NCBI RefSeq assembly: GCF_009914755.1
Contig: NC_060946.1
DNA: 64,000 nt
Reading direction: 5' to 3' (one strand)
Origin: the human T2T-CHM13v2.0 reference genome, Homo sapiens
Shown: positions 50,258 through 64,000 of the stretch, piece by piece
Layout of the letters: the number at the start of each line of letters is the position of its first letter
Position numbering within the stretch: the first letter of the stretch is position 1
The notes under the pieces: generated by a model
Seen by the model: the letters and a program-made list of their open reading frames with translations, nothing else
Told to the model about the DNA's origin: nothing
Databases searched by the model: none
Program-made: the position numbers and the translations under genes

Positions 50258-50748
50258 ACGGGGTGTGGGGTGTGCCCCTGTCCCCACGGGTGTGAGGTGT
50301 GCCCCTGTCCCCGCGGGTGTGGGGTGTGCCCCTGTCCCCGCGGGTGTGGGGTGTGCCCCTGTCCCCGCGGGTGTGGGGTGTGCCCCTGTCCCCGCGGGTG
50401 TGGGGTTTGCCCCTGTCCCCGCGGGTGTGGGGTGTGCCCCTGTCCCCGCGGGTGTGGGGTTTGCCCCTGTCCCCGCGGGTGTGGGGTGTGCCCCTGTCCC
50501 CGCGGGTGTGGGGTGTGCCCCTGTCCCCGCGGGTGTGGGGTGTGCCCCTGTCCCCGCGGGTGTGGGGTGTGCTCCTGTCCCCACGGGTGTGGGGTGTGCA
50601 CTACTGACCGGCTGTGGGGTGTGCTCCAGTCCCCACGGGTGTGGGGTGTGCTCCTGTCCCCATGGGTGTGGGGTGCGCACTACTGACCAGGTGTGGGGTG
50701 TGCTCCTGTCCCCGTAGGTGTGGGGTGTGCTCCTGTCCCCACGGGTGG
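50258..50748. repeat. About 18 x 27-bp GC/CpG-rich VNTR downstream of the gene
   Basis: CGGGTGTGGGGTGTGCCCCTGTCCCCG, period 27 (50341, 50368 and onward), degenerating at the 3' end. Confidence 0.97.
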
Positions 50749-51825
50749 GCTGGTGGCTCCACAAAGTGGGAGTAGCCTCTTCACCTCTCTTTCCACAGTG
50801 ACCCAGTGCGGAGCTGAGCCAGGCAGGGCTGCCTTCCTGGGCCCGGTGGCCCGGCACATGGGCTGACCTCACTGTTGCCTGGCTGTGGTCTGCAGGGTCG
50901 TAGGCTGCAGGACGGAGATCGGCTGTCCCCAGCAGCCACCAGGTGTTCAGCTCCTGACTCCAGGTCACAGCCCAGCAACTGCCATTCACCTTCACGATTC
51001 CCCGGAGTTTGCAGCTCAGCAGTTGGCTCCTCGGGCCCAACTTGAGGTCTTCACAGCCTGTGCAGACTCTGCTCCTGTGGGTGGCCCGAGCCCAGGGGTC
51101 CTGAAATCAATCCCTGACCTGTGGTGGCTGCTGTCCTGTGCACCTCACCCTGCCCGGTCCCAGGGAGAGGCTCGGCCTGCTGGCACCACTGCTGTGCCCT
51201 TGGCAAGGTCAGACGCGTCGGGGAGCATTGGGGTCCTGGGGAGTAGGAGATGGAGAGTCTCTGTGGTTTGTGCTTTTGGAAGAACTAGGAGGTGGGACGC
51301 TTCTGTGCCGTGTCACCGATGGATGGAAACAGGAGGAATCCTGTCTGTGTTCAAGCAGACCCACTCCGCTGAGGACTTGGGAACAGGCTGCAGAATGACA
51401 CGCGCCATCGCAGGCTGCAGCACGCCAGCCTCCATGCCGCCGTCCTCCAGAGCTGGAGGCTCCTCGTCAGCCCTGTGGCCCCAGTGATCTGCTCTCGGCC
51501 GCAGTCCTGGGGAGTTTGCCCAAGACTCAGATCCCTCGGGGTGTGGACCTCCCTGGGGCCTTCCCAGCCCCAGTCCACCCCACCGTTCCTCTCCTCTCTC
51601 AGCCCCAGCCCCTTGGCTTCCTTCTGGCTCTGCACTTTGCCCTGCGGGATTGCGGGCTGCTTGGGGTGGCCCCCACTCAGCTGTGAGGCCTTTCCACACC
51701 CACCCTGCAGCTCCTTGGCATGGAGGGTCCCCAGCACAGGATGGCCTCCACCCAGGAGCGCACACGGCCGCTTACATGGTCCTGTGTGAGCGACCCAGCC
51801 GTAGTCCATTTTGTTGACAAGATGA

Positions 51826-52200
<375 letters not shown>

Positions 52201-52797
52201 TAAATATAAAAATTACCCCCAAATACTCAAAAATACATGGCTATTTTTATCATTGGGAATGGTAAAAGGCTTTCTTAGCATGATGCCAGTGGCAAAAACA
52301 AGATAGAAAAAGACTGATGATATATATCCGTAGTATGCGCTACCAAAGCAAATGGCAGGGACGACTAAGACCCAACCTTCATCACCAAAGACAAGTGTGA
52401 ATGACACGCTGGTTCACCTAGGCAAGGCGGATTCAGATTCCTCAGCATGCGGAGTTCCTGGAAATTGATAAAAATGGGCACAGCACAGAAAATGGGCAGT
52501 TCACAAAAGTGGTGCAGGTGACCCATGAGAAGTTCACATCACCAATGGTTACAGAAATGAAAATCATTCACCAGCCACTTGCCCCCACCAGGGCTGGCTG
52601 CGTGACCTTGGGCAGTGTCTATGATCATCTGTTATGCAGCAATACAAAACAAATACCCTCTCTCTTTTAGTCTGTATTTTTTTCTGAATATTTTGCAGTG
52701 GTTTTTCGTTGTTGCTGTTTTTACATTTAAGCTGTGAAGTGGCAGACACAACACAAACCTAGCTCTCGGAGAATCATTACAAAGCAGACACCCCATG

Positions 52798-53167
52798 TGA
52801 TAGGGTTTGGATGTATCCCCACCCAATTCTCATCTTGAATTGTAGCTCTTGTAATTCCCATGTATTGTGGAAGGGACCTGGTGGGAGATAATTGAATCAT
52901 GGCGACGGTTTTCCCCACACTGTTCTCATGGTAGTGAATCAGTCTCACGAGATAGGATGGTTTTGTAAGGGGAAACCCCTTTCGCTTGGCCCTCATTCTC
53001 TCCTGCCGCCATCCATGTAAGACATGACGTTGTGCCTCCTTGCCTTCTGCCATGATGGTAAGGCCTCCCCAGCCACGTGGAACTGTGAGTCTATTAAACC
53101 TCTCTTCTTTATAAATTACCCAGTCTCACGTATGTCTTTATTAACAGCATGAGAATGGTCTCATACA
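52798..53167 (+). mobile_element. THE1 solo LTR with 5-bp TSD
   Basis: TGATAGGGTTTGGATGTATCCCCACCCAATTCTCATCTTGAATTGTAG...CTCATACA; TSD CCATG at 52793-52797 and 53168-53172. Confidence 0.94.
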
Positions 53168-53259
53168 CCATGTAACCACAACCCTGGTTGAGAAATAGAA
53201 CATGACCCACACTGGATCTCCCTGTGTGCTCCCTCCTCCCAAACATGACACACCGCTGA

Positions 53260-53667
<408 letters not shown>

Positions 53668-54539
53668 TCAACTTTCTGTTTGTGGGAGTATCTGTGTGGT
53701 ATTAAGCATGGTTTCTTCTTTTCCATTGCTGTAAAGTTTTCCATGACATGGATAGATTGCAATTTGTCCCTTCTACTCCTGCTGGACATTTGGATTGTGT
53801 CCAGTTTGGGGGCGTTATAAACAATGCCCCTCTGAATATCTGCGTGCCTGTCTCTCGGTGGACACGTGCCCCCGTTCTGTGGTTTTCTTTCCCCTAGAAG
53901 CGGAATTGCAGAGCCATAGGGCATGCATCCTTCCCTCTAATAGATCATGAGAAATGATTTTACAAAGCACCTTTTCCAGCTTACATTTCCACTGGCAGGT
54001 CGATGGTTCTCGTTTCTCCACATCCTTGCCCACACTGGGTGTGGTCGGTCCTAGCCCTTCTCATGGGTGTGTCTGCATCTCTGGGTAATCGTCCTTCCCT
54101 GCTGCTCACAGAGCTGCATACATGGGCTCTCTCAAAACTCCCATTGTGGTGGAGCACCTGTTTCCTCCCTGCTGCAACCAAAAGAGACAGAAAGAGACTG
54201 ACTCGGGATTTTTTGTGATGCTATGATCATAAGCATTTTCTCATATTATTACAATTCTTCAAAAATGTGATTTTAATGACTGCATAATATGCAGTTGCAT
54301 GGATTCACATAATTTATTCCTTTATTATTCATCAAGTTGCTGCTATTTTTTTCCTCTAGCAAATGGTGCTGTGATAAATGTCTACATTTCTGGGTACTTT
54401 TTCCATAATACATTTTTAGTAGTGGGATTCTTCAGTTATTGCCGAATACAGGAGTCAGCAAAATCACTGCCGCCCTCCCCACCCCACAGTGGCTTGCAAC
54501 AGTGGCTGCAGGTCTGCTCATCTGGTTTTCTTTGGAATG

Positions 54540-55510
54540 TCTTAGAAAATATAAGTTTGAGAAATTATTTAGAAATTTAAAGATAACGTTGGAAATTGAG
54601 TGTGTAACTTCCAGGAGAGGGGAAAAAGAAAAAGAAGGAACAAAGTTGAGAAGGCAAGAAAAGAGGTAGGAAAAAAAAGCAAAGAAAAACTATGATAAAT
54701 ACAAAGCATTAATTACCAGCGCCCAAGCAAGTTCAGCTATGATCATGATAGATAATTTACACTCACCTATTCAAAAGGAGATACATTATGCTTTTAAAAT
54801 CTCCATAAAAGCCAACAACATACTATTGATGAGAGATACATCAAGACTAAAAATTTTGTTTGAAATGGAGGGATGGAAAAAATATGGGGGAAATACTACC
54901 CACCTCCCCAAATGTGGTTGGAATATCTGTATTCCCCCAAATCACATTTGAAAAGCATTAACAAGGACAAAGAGAGCTTTGTCTCATGACTGAGTGAAGT
55001 GCTTTGTCATATGACCAAAAGCGTTTCACTCAGTCATGGACCTGCGTAGATATAACAACATAACCTAACCTCAGCATAAACAAGGCAAAAGTGGGTACAA
55101 TGATGATGAAATACTGACCTATCCACAAGTATAATGGGAAATTATAACTCATCTGCAGAAAATGATGGACCAATGAGAAAAAGGTTTAAAAAGACAATCA
55201 AAATAATAAATACAGAAACAAAAGTTACTGGAGTAGAAAAGAAAACACAAATAATGGAATTGACTGAAAAAAACCCAAAAGTTTACTTTTAGACAAGACT
55301 AATAATGGAGGCTTGAGAGTAAGCATCTTTGCCTTTTCTGCAGTTGGTGTATCTCCAGCATTCAGAAACAGGACCTGTCTATAGTAGGAGCTGAATAATG
55401 TTTGTTGAATGACAAATAGATAAACTCCTAAGGATTAAAATCCAACTGTAATAATGAAGGGAGGTGAAACTGCAGATGCTGAAGATATTTTAAATATTAC
55501 AAGCATCAAG
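54540..55510 (+). mobile_element. Very old L1M ORF2-region remnant (continues at about 61945-62170) containing an L2 3' end (about 55310-55415)
   Basis: A-rich degenerate L1 sequence. ACTGCAGATGCTGAAGATATT resumes as CTATGAGCAGCTTTGT..GAAATGGGCAACTTTCTAGAAAAATAC. L2 tail TAGTAGGAGCTGAATAATGTTTGTTGAATGA. Confidence 0.6.
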
Positions 55511-55762
55511 AGAACCAAAATCAAGCCATAGAGTGGGAGAAAATAATTGCAAAAGACATACCTGATAAAGAACTGCTCTCTAAAATTTAAAAAGAACTCT
55601 TAACAATAAAAAACAAACAGCCCAACTTTAAAATGGGCAAAAGATCTGGACAACTCACCCAAGAAGATACCCAGATAGCAAATAAGCACACAAAAATATG
55701 CTTAGCATATTGCAAAATATGCTCAACAATGAAATACCACTACCCACAGAATGGCCAAAATC
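55511..55762 (+). mobile_element. L1MC-like element, upstream part
   Basis: CAAGCCATAGAGTGGGAGAAAATAATTGCAAAAGACATACCTGATAAAG...AATGGGCAAAAGATCTG. Confidence 0.75.
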
Positions 55763-56854
55763 TGATAGAAGCAGGAGAGGCAGAGCAAGGTGGCAGAATA
55801 GAAATCTCCACCAATCAATTGTCCCCTCACACAAGGATGCCAAGTTAACAACTACCTACACAGAAAAAACAGCCTTCGTAAGAGCCAAAAATCAGACACA
55901 CCCTAGACCAGAAGGGAATCCACTGCCCTGAAGGAAAGGACCCAGTCCTGTCAGCATTCATCACCTGCTAACCGAAGAGCCCTTGGGCCCTGAATAACCA
56001 GCAGTGATACCCAGGTACTATATCAAGGGCCGTGGTGAGCCTCTGAGACTTGCTGGCTTTAGGTACCAACACTGCCACAGGGAGTTAAAGCATCAAGTGA
56101 GCTCTTTGAGTCCCCAGTTCTAGGACTTGACTCTTGGATGGCATTTCTGGGCTTGCCCTGTTCCAGAGGGGAGCCCACTGCCCTGAAGGCTTTAGGTGGC
56201 TCAGAATTGAGACAGAGACTGTGCATTTGGGAGAAAGTAAGGGAAGAGAACAAGAGTCTCTGCCTGGTAATCCAGAGAATTGTTCTGTGTCTTATCCAAG
56301 ACCATCAAGCTGGTACCTCTATAAGTCTGCAAGAACCGCAGTGTTACTGGGTTGGGGTGCTCCGTAAAAGAGAAATGACTTAGATCATAACACCCAAGTC
56401 CTTTCAAATAACTCGAAAGCCTTGCCAAGAAGGATGGCTACAAATAAGCTCAGACAGTGAAGACTACAACAAATATGTAACACTTCGATACCCAGACATC
56501 AAAGAACATCTGCTAGCATCAACACCAACCAGGAAAACATGACCCCACCAAGTGAACTAAATAAGGCACCAGGGACCAATCCTGGAGAAACAGATATGTC
56601 ACCTTTCAGACAGAGAATTCAAAATAGCTAAATTGAGGAAACTCAAAGAAATTCAAGATAACATAAGGAATTCAGAATTCTATCAGATAAATTTAACAGC
56701 TTGAAATAATTAAAAAGTGATTCGCAGAAATTCTGGGGCTGAAAAATGCAATTGGCCTACTGAAAAATGCATCAGCTTCCTTTAATAGCAAAATGGTTCA
56801 AGCAGAAGAAAGAATTAGTGAACTTGAAGACAGCCTGTTTAAAAATACACAGGA

Positions 56855-57214
<360 letters not shown>

Positions 57215-57947
57215 TCAAAGGGGCAAATCTAAGAGTTATTGACCTTACAGAGGAGGTAGAGAAAGAGATAAGGGTAGAAGGTTTATTCAAAGGGATAATA
57301 ACAGAGAAAGAGATCAATATCCAAGAACCAGAAGGTTATAGAACACCAAGCAGGTTTAACCCAAAGATGATTACCTCAAGGCATTTAATAATCAAACTTC
57401 CAAAGATCAAGGATAAAGGATCCTAAAAGCAACAAGAGAAAAGAAACAAATAACATAGAGTTGGGCTTTAATACGTCTGGCAGCAGACTTTTCAGTGGAA
57501 ACCTTACAGGCCAGGAGAGAGAAGCATGACATATTTGAAGTGCTGAAGGAAAAGAACTTTTACCCTAAAATAGTATATCCAGCAAAAATATCCTTCAAAC
57601 ATGAAGGAGAAATGAAGACTTTCCTAGACAAACAAAACCTGAGGTATTTCATTAATGCCAGGACCATGCTACAAGAAATGCTAAAGGGAGTATTTCAACC
57701 AGAAAGAAAATTACATTGATGAGCAATAAATAGTCACCTGAAGGCAAAAAAACTTACTGGTAATAGTAAGTACACAGAAAAACACGACGTATTATGACAA
57801 TGTAACTGGGGTGTGTAGACTCCTCTTACCCTAAGTAGAAAGACTAAACAATGAACCAATAAAAAATTATAACTACAACAACTTTTCAAGACATAGTATG
57901 ATAAGATATAAATAGAAACAACAAAAAGTTAAAAAGTAGGGGGATGA

Positions 57948-58234
57948 GGCCGGGTATGGTGGCTCACGCCTGTAATCCCAGCACTTTGGGAAGTCGAGGT
58001 GGGCAGATCACGAAGTCAGGAGTTCGAGACCAGCCTGGCCAACATGGTGAAAACCCATCTCTACTAAAAATACAAAAACTAGCTGGGTGTGGTGGCACAT
58101 GCCTGTAATTCCAGCAACTCAGGAGGCTGAGGCAGGAGAATCACTTGAACCTGGGAGGCAGAGGTTGCAGTGAGCTGAGATCATGCTGTCCATTACACTG
58201 TAGCCTCCAGCCTGGGTGACAGAGTGAGACGCCA

Positions 58235-58269
<35 letters not shown>
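57948..58269 (+). mobile_element. AluSg-like SINE with pure A32 tail at an L1 deletion junction
   Basis: GGCCGGGTATGGTGGCTCACGCC...; A run 58238-58269; no TSD found. Confidence 0.95.
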
Positions 58270-58273
<4 letters not shown>

Positions 58274-61093
58274 ATTAACATAGCTAGAAGCTGTAATGAA
58301 AAGTCTTCCAGTAAAGAAAAGCCTGGGACCTCATTGCTTCACTGCTGAATTCTGCCAAACATTTAAAGAAGAACTAATACCAATCCTCCTCAAACTATTC
58401 CAAGAAATAGAGGAGGAGGGAATGTTTCCAAACTCAGATTTCTATGAGGCCCAGTATTACCCTGATACCAAAACAAAGACATATCAAAAAGAAACCTACT
58501 GGACAATGTATCAGTGATGCAGAAGTCCTCACAAAATACTAGCAAACTGAATTCAGCAATACGTTAGAAAGATCATTCATTATGACCAAATGTGATTTAT
58601 CCCTGGGATGTAAGGCTGGTTCAACATATGCAAATCAATCAACATGGTACATCATATCCAAAGAATGAAGGATAAAAACCATATGATTATTTCATTTGAT
58701 GCTGAAAAAGTATTTGATGAAATTCAACATCCTTTCATAATCAAAATCTTCAAAAAAAAACTGGATATGGAAGGAATATACGTCAACATAATAAAAGCCA
58801 TATACTACAGACCCACAGCTAGTATCACACTGAATGGGGAACAACTGAAAGCCTTTTCTCTAAGATCTGGAACATGACAAGGATGCCCACTGTCACCACT
58901 GTTATTCAACATAGTATACTGAAGTCCTAGCTAGAGCAATCAGACAAGAGAAATATATAAAGAATATCCAAATTGGAAAGGAAGAAGTCAAATTATCCTT
59001 GTTTGTTGATGATATGATCTTATATTTGGAAGAACCTAAAGACTTCAGAAGGAAACTATTAGAACTGGTAAACAAATTCAGTACAGTTGCAAGATACAAA
59101 TCATCATACAAAAATCAATAGCATTTCTATATGCCAACAGCAAACAATGTGAAAAAGAAATTTAAAAAGTAATCTAATTTATCATGGCCACATAAAATTA
59201 AATACCTAGGAGTGAACTTAACCAAAGAAGTGAAAAATCTCCATAATGAAAACTATAAAATGCTGATGAAAGAAATTGAAGAGGACGCCAAAAAATGAAA
59301 AAATATTCCATGTTCATGGATTGGAAGAATAAATATTGGTAAAATGTACATACTACCCAAAGCAGTCTACAGATTCAATAAAATCCCTATCAAAATACCA
59401 AAGACATTCTTCACGGAAATAGAAAAAACAATCCTAAAATTTATATGGAACCACAGAGACCCAGAATAGCCAAAGCTAGCCTAAGTGAAAAGAACAAAAC
59501 AGGAGGAATCACATTACCTGACTTCAAATTATACTGTAGAGCTATAGTAACCAGAACAGCATGGTACTGGCATAAAAACAGACACATAGACCAATGGAAC
59601 AGAACAGAGAACCCAGAAACAAATCCACACACCTACAGTGAAATCATTTTTGACAAAGGTGCCAAAAATACTGGGGAAAAGATAGTCTCTTCAATAAATG
59701 GTGCTGGGAAAGCTGAATCTCCATATACAGAAGAATGAAACTAGACCTGTATCTCTTGTCATATACAAAAATAAAAAAAATACAGTCTTAAATCTAAGAC
59801 CTCAAACTATGAAACTACTACAGGAAAACATTGGGGAACATCTCCGGGACATTGATCTGGGCAAAGATTTCTTGAGTAATACCCCACAAGCACAGACAAC
59901 AAAAGCAAACATGGACAAATGAGATCACATTAGTTAAAAAGCTTCTGCACAGCAAACAACCAATAAAGTGAAGAAACGATCCACAGAATGGGGGAAAATA
60001 TTTGCAAACTACTCCTCTGACAAGGGATTAATAACCAGAGTGTATAAGGAGCTCAAACAACTCTACAGGAAAAAAATCTAATGATCTGATCAAAAATGGG
60101 CAAAAGATTTGAATATACATTTCTCAAAAGAAGCCATACATACAAATGTCATACAGGCTTATGAAAAAGTGCTTAGCACCACTGATGTCAGATAAATGCA
60201 AATCAAAACTATTAATACAATGAGATATCATCTTATGCCAGTTAAAATAGATTATATCCAAGGGACAGGCAATAACAAATGCTGGCAAGGATGAGGAGAA
60301 AAGGGAACCCTTGTACACTATTGGTAGGAATGTAATTAACTACAACCACTGTGGAGAACAGCTTGGAAGATCCTCAAAAAACTAAAAATTGAGCTACCAT
60401 ATGATCCAGCAGTCCCACTATATATATATAAAATCTCCAAAAGAAGGGAAATCAGTGTATGGAAGAGGTATCAGCACTCCTGTTTATTGCAACACTGTTT
60501 ACAATAGCCAAGATTTGGAAGCAATCCAAGTGTCTGTCCAACAGATGAATGGATAAATAAAATATGGTACATATACACAATGGAGTACTATTCAGCCATA
60601 AAAAAGCATGAGATCCCATCATTTACAACAACATGGATGGAACTGGAGGTCATTATGTTAAGTGAAATAATCCGGGAACAGAAAGACAAACATTGCATGT
60701 TCTCACTTTTTTGTGGGATCTAAAAATCAAAACAGTTGAACTAGTGGACATGGAGAACAGATGGTTGATGACCAGAGGCTGGAAATGGTAGTGGAGGGTT
60801 GTGTGGGAAGGTGGGGATGGTAAATAGGTACAAAAAAATAGAAAGAATGAATAAGACCTACTATTTGATATCACAACATGGTGACTATAGTCAATAACAA
60901 CAATTGTATATTTTAAAATAATGTAATTGGATTGTTAGTAACTCAAAGGATAAATGCTTGAGGGGTGGACACCCCATTCTCCATGATGTGCTTAGTTCAC
61001 ATTACATGTCTGTATCAAAACATCTTATGTACCCCTAAATATATACACATATATACCCACAAAAATTTAAAAAATATTTACAAAATTAAAAAT

Positions 61094-61945
61094 AGAATGG
61101 CCAAAATCCAAAACACCAACACCACCAAATACTGATGAGGATGTGGAGCAACAGGAACTCTCACTCATTGCTGGTGGGAATGTAAAATGGTGCAGCCACT
61201 TTGGAAGACAGTTTGGCAGTTTCTTCTAAAGCTAATTGTATTCTTATCATATAATCCAGCAGTCATGCTTCTAGATATTTACCCAATTGAGTTGAAAATG
61301 TTCAAACACAGAAAACTACAAATGAATGTTTACTTATAATTGTCCAAACTTGGAAGCAACAAAAATGTCTTTCAAGAAGTGAATAAACAAACTGTGATAT
61401 ACCCATGCAATGGCATATTCTTCAGTGATAAGAAAGAAATGAGCTGTGAAGCCATGAAAAGACATGAAGGGAATTTTAATGCATACAGCTAAGGGAAAGA
61501 AGCCAATCTGAAAAGGCTACACACTATGACTTCAAGTATATAACATTCTGGAAAAAGCAAAACCACGGAGACAGTAAATACATGAGTGGTTTCTAGGGGC
61601 TGGGGGTAGGGGGATGAATAGGCAGAGCGCGGAGGATTTTTAGGGCAGTGAAGCTGCTCTGTACGATTCTGTAATGGTGGATAATGGTGTACATTTGTCC
61701 AAATCCATAGACTGCACAACAGCAAGAGTGAACCTAATGCAAACTGTTGACCTTGGAAGATAGTGATGTGTCAATGTTGGTCATCGATTATGTCTGTGAA
61801 ATGTGTCTATGGTTCAGGGCGCCGGCCTTGGAGCTGGCAGATGTGGGTGGGGTTAGGTGGGAACTACGTGTACTTTCTGCTTATTTTTGTTATGAACCTG
61901 AGTGCCCTAAAAACTGTAGTCTATTAATTTTAAAAAATCATAAGT
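61094..61945 (+). mobile_element. L1MC-like element, 3' part
   Basis: GAGGATGTGGAGCAACAGGAACTCTCA.TCATTGCTGGTGGGAATG..., AAGCCATGAAAAGACATG.AG, GAAGCCAATCTGAAAAGGCTACA. Confidence 0.85.
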
Positions 61946-63671
61946 GCATCCTATGAGCAGCTTTGTACCTACGAATTTGAAATTCTGGCTGAAATGGGCA
62001 ACTTTCTAGAAAAATACAGATGACAAATATTGACTCAAAAAGGAAATAAAAACCCTGAATAAATCACAAATCACTCCGTAACTTGAAAGGGCTGCCTCAG
62101 ATCTCTCCTTTCCAAAGGCCCCATGCTCAGATGGTTTTATGTCAGCTTTCCCAAACCTCAGGGATCAGAATTTAGGGCATAAAAGAATGCATGAGATTGG
62201 AGTCGCTGGCACAGTCGGGGTGGGCTCAAAGCCATGGCTGCATCTGACCAGCCTCAGGCCATGCCGGGGTCTTGCCTGGGTGGCCTGCTGGGACTTCATT
62301 GGACCATGAAGCTGGGTTTTGCTGCCTTGCCGTTGGCTTTTACCGCCTGTGGCCTGGGCAGGGGCTCCGGCCTCTCAAGAACTGCATACAGCCAGTGGTG
62401 GGGGCTTGAACCAAGGCATGTCTTGGGGGCTGGACCTCGGGAGCAGCTGCTGGCTGCCGCGTGACCTGGCCACATCCAGCAGAGGTGTGTGGGAGGTGGG
62501 GCTGGGGCAGTGGGGTCCAGACGCAGTCACAGAGAGGGTCATTGGCTGCTTGTATGATTTTAGGATATGGTTACATCACGTCTGCTGGCTGTGGGAGTCC
62601 ACAGGGTTCCCAGACCGCCTATGTACTGTCTGTCAATCCTCAGGCCAGCAAAGCCGGCAGGTGCAGGGCAGCCACATCCTGTCCTGGTGCTTTTGAACTG
62701 GATTCAGATCTAAGGAAGAAAACGTGGGGGGACCCGACCAACCTCTCCTTCAGATTGTTCTGGTTAATTAAAAACCTGAGGCCGTGGCCTTAGTGTTCAG
62801 TGGCCCATACTGGCGGTGGATTTTATTTTAAAACAAATAAGGACAATGAGGTTGGGGGTGGTGCTTACAGTCAAGAGAATATGGCATCTGTTTACATGGA
62901 GACAGAAGCAGCTCAGCAAAGGTCTCCCCAAGCCCACGGCCAGGAGGGAGCCTGAGGAGGAGGGGCTGGGCTTCCACGGAGCAATGGAAGCAGGGACCAG
63001 AGGGAGCAAGAGGTTCCCATGAGAGCCTGGATGCACCTTAACTGGAGAAGCCACCAGAGAAACACGGACAGTGCCTCAGATGTGAGGCTCCCAGAGAGCG
63101 CCCAGGAAAAGGGGGACCTGAGGCTGGGACCAGTGACGGCCAGCCAGAGACCTAACAGGACCGGGGAGGAAGGGACTCCTCCCTCAGGAGGGACAGAGGG
63201 GCGGCACACACTCCCAAGAGCCACCTCAGAGTCCAGGGACAGGTGGGTGAGTCCCAGCTTACAGATCTCTCTTATAGGCGACTCCCTGCGTGCTCTGCGT
63301 GGCTGCAATAGAGAAAAGTGGACACACCCTAGTCATTCCATAGGAAATTAACACAGTGTCAGGTGTTCCTTCGCGTGGCGGGGTGCGTACGATGCCCGGT
63401 TAAGATGAGTAGGTTCATAAGGTCCTCATGTGGACACCAGTAACACCAGTAAGAAAGCAGTGGAGCATGGAGCAGGGCACTGTGACGGCTGCCGCCCCCT
63501 TGCTCACAGCCAGCCCCCCGCATGCTCACAGCCGGCACACAACCCCCTAGTGCTCACAGCTGACCCCCTGCCATGTCAGCCGGGGAGGCATCCCCCACCA
63601 TGCTCACAGCCAGCCGGAGGGTCTCTAGGATCTCACCAGGACGACCCCAGCCGCCCTAGCACTAGCGAGGA

Positions 63672-63790
63672 GGCACTATCCTTGTTCCCTTACAGAGGGA
63701 AAACCCAAGGCTCGGAGAAACCACAAAGCTGCCCAAAGAGACGCAGCCCCTCCTGGGGGCCGGGATGGGAACTCGGGCAGGGGCATCCAC
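63672..63790 (-). mobile_element. Degenerate MIR fragment
   Basis: TTACAGAGGGAAAACCCAAGGCTCGGAGA...CTGCCCAA...GGGATGGGAACTCGGGCAG. Confidence 0.5.
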
Positions 63791-64000
63791 AGGCTCAGCC
63801 CCCCGAGCTGCTGTTCCCCTGCCACATCAGCGACCCACGTGTGTATCATTTGTGGACATGTCTGTGAAGACGGAAAGCACAGGATGGAGAGAGGTGAGCC
63901 AGTCAGCGTGACCGTGGGAAGGCGGGCGAGGTGGCGGGGAGGAGGGCAGTGGGAGCTGTGTTATTTATTACCTGATGTTGTATATGCATTTGAGCTAATT

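Noticed and set aside
49907-51040. 377-aa repeat ORF and Cys-rich metallothionein/keratin-associated-like ORF (CPCPRGCGV)n
   Set aside because: The 27-bp VNTR unit is a multiple of 3 and stop-free in several frames; there is no promoter or splice support.
53064-53076. PRDM9 hotspot motif in the THE1 LTR (also the LTR at 14895-15254)
   Set aside because: Reads CCTCCCCAGCCAC, lacking the T at position 7 of CCNCCNTNNCCNC; this is the non-motif form.
57495-59922. L1 ORF1/ORF2 peptides as functional genes
   Set aside because: Fragmented by stops and frameshifts, endonuclease domain deleted, and interrupted by Alus.
62200-64000. Short ORFs and a possible downstream gene or promoter
   Set aside because: No CpG island, recognisable protein similarity or convincing exon structure; a lncRNA exon cannot be excluded from sequence alone.

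Overview
GC-rich human/primate genomic DNA. It is recognisable as the 3' end of TBC1D22A (TBC/Rab-GAP family; 22q13.3 in human, from recalled knowledge) on the + strand. Positions 1-47431 look like one long last intron, as no other TBC1D22A exon is visible. The terminal coding exon is 47432-47560 (ELLLFLQNLPTAHWDDEDISLLLAEAYRLKFAFADAPNHYKK*), followed by a 3'UTR with proximal (48000) and distal (49593) AATAAA signals. The intron is dense in GC-rich minisatellites (more than a dozen arrays) and carries Alus, MaLR/ERV1 solo LTRs, MIR/L2/MER33 relics and several AT-rich, homeobox-motif-rich islands that may be enhancers. From about 51.8 to 62.2 kb is an AT-rich block of nested L1/Alu/THE1 insertions. 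The most striking observation is that the last exon's 3' splice site (branch point, pyrimidine tract, CAG) is itself the unit of a 69-bp tandem repeat. This gives three acceptors exactly 69 nt apart in an open reading frame, which could add +23 or +46 aa. Other long ORFs in the track appear to be repeat or GC artefacts or dead L1 fragments. No CRISPR array, tRNA or rRNA was seen. Repeat subfamily names come from recalled consensus sequences and need RepeatMasker/Dfam confirmation.
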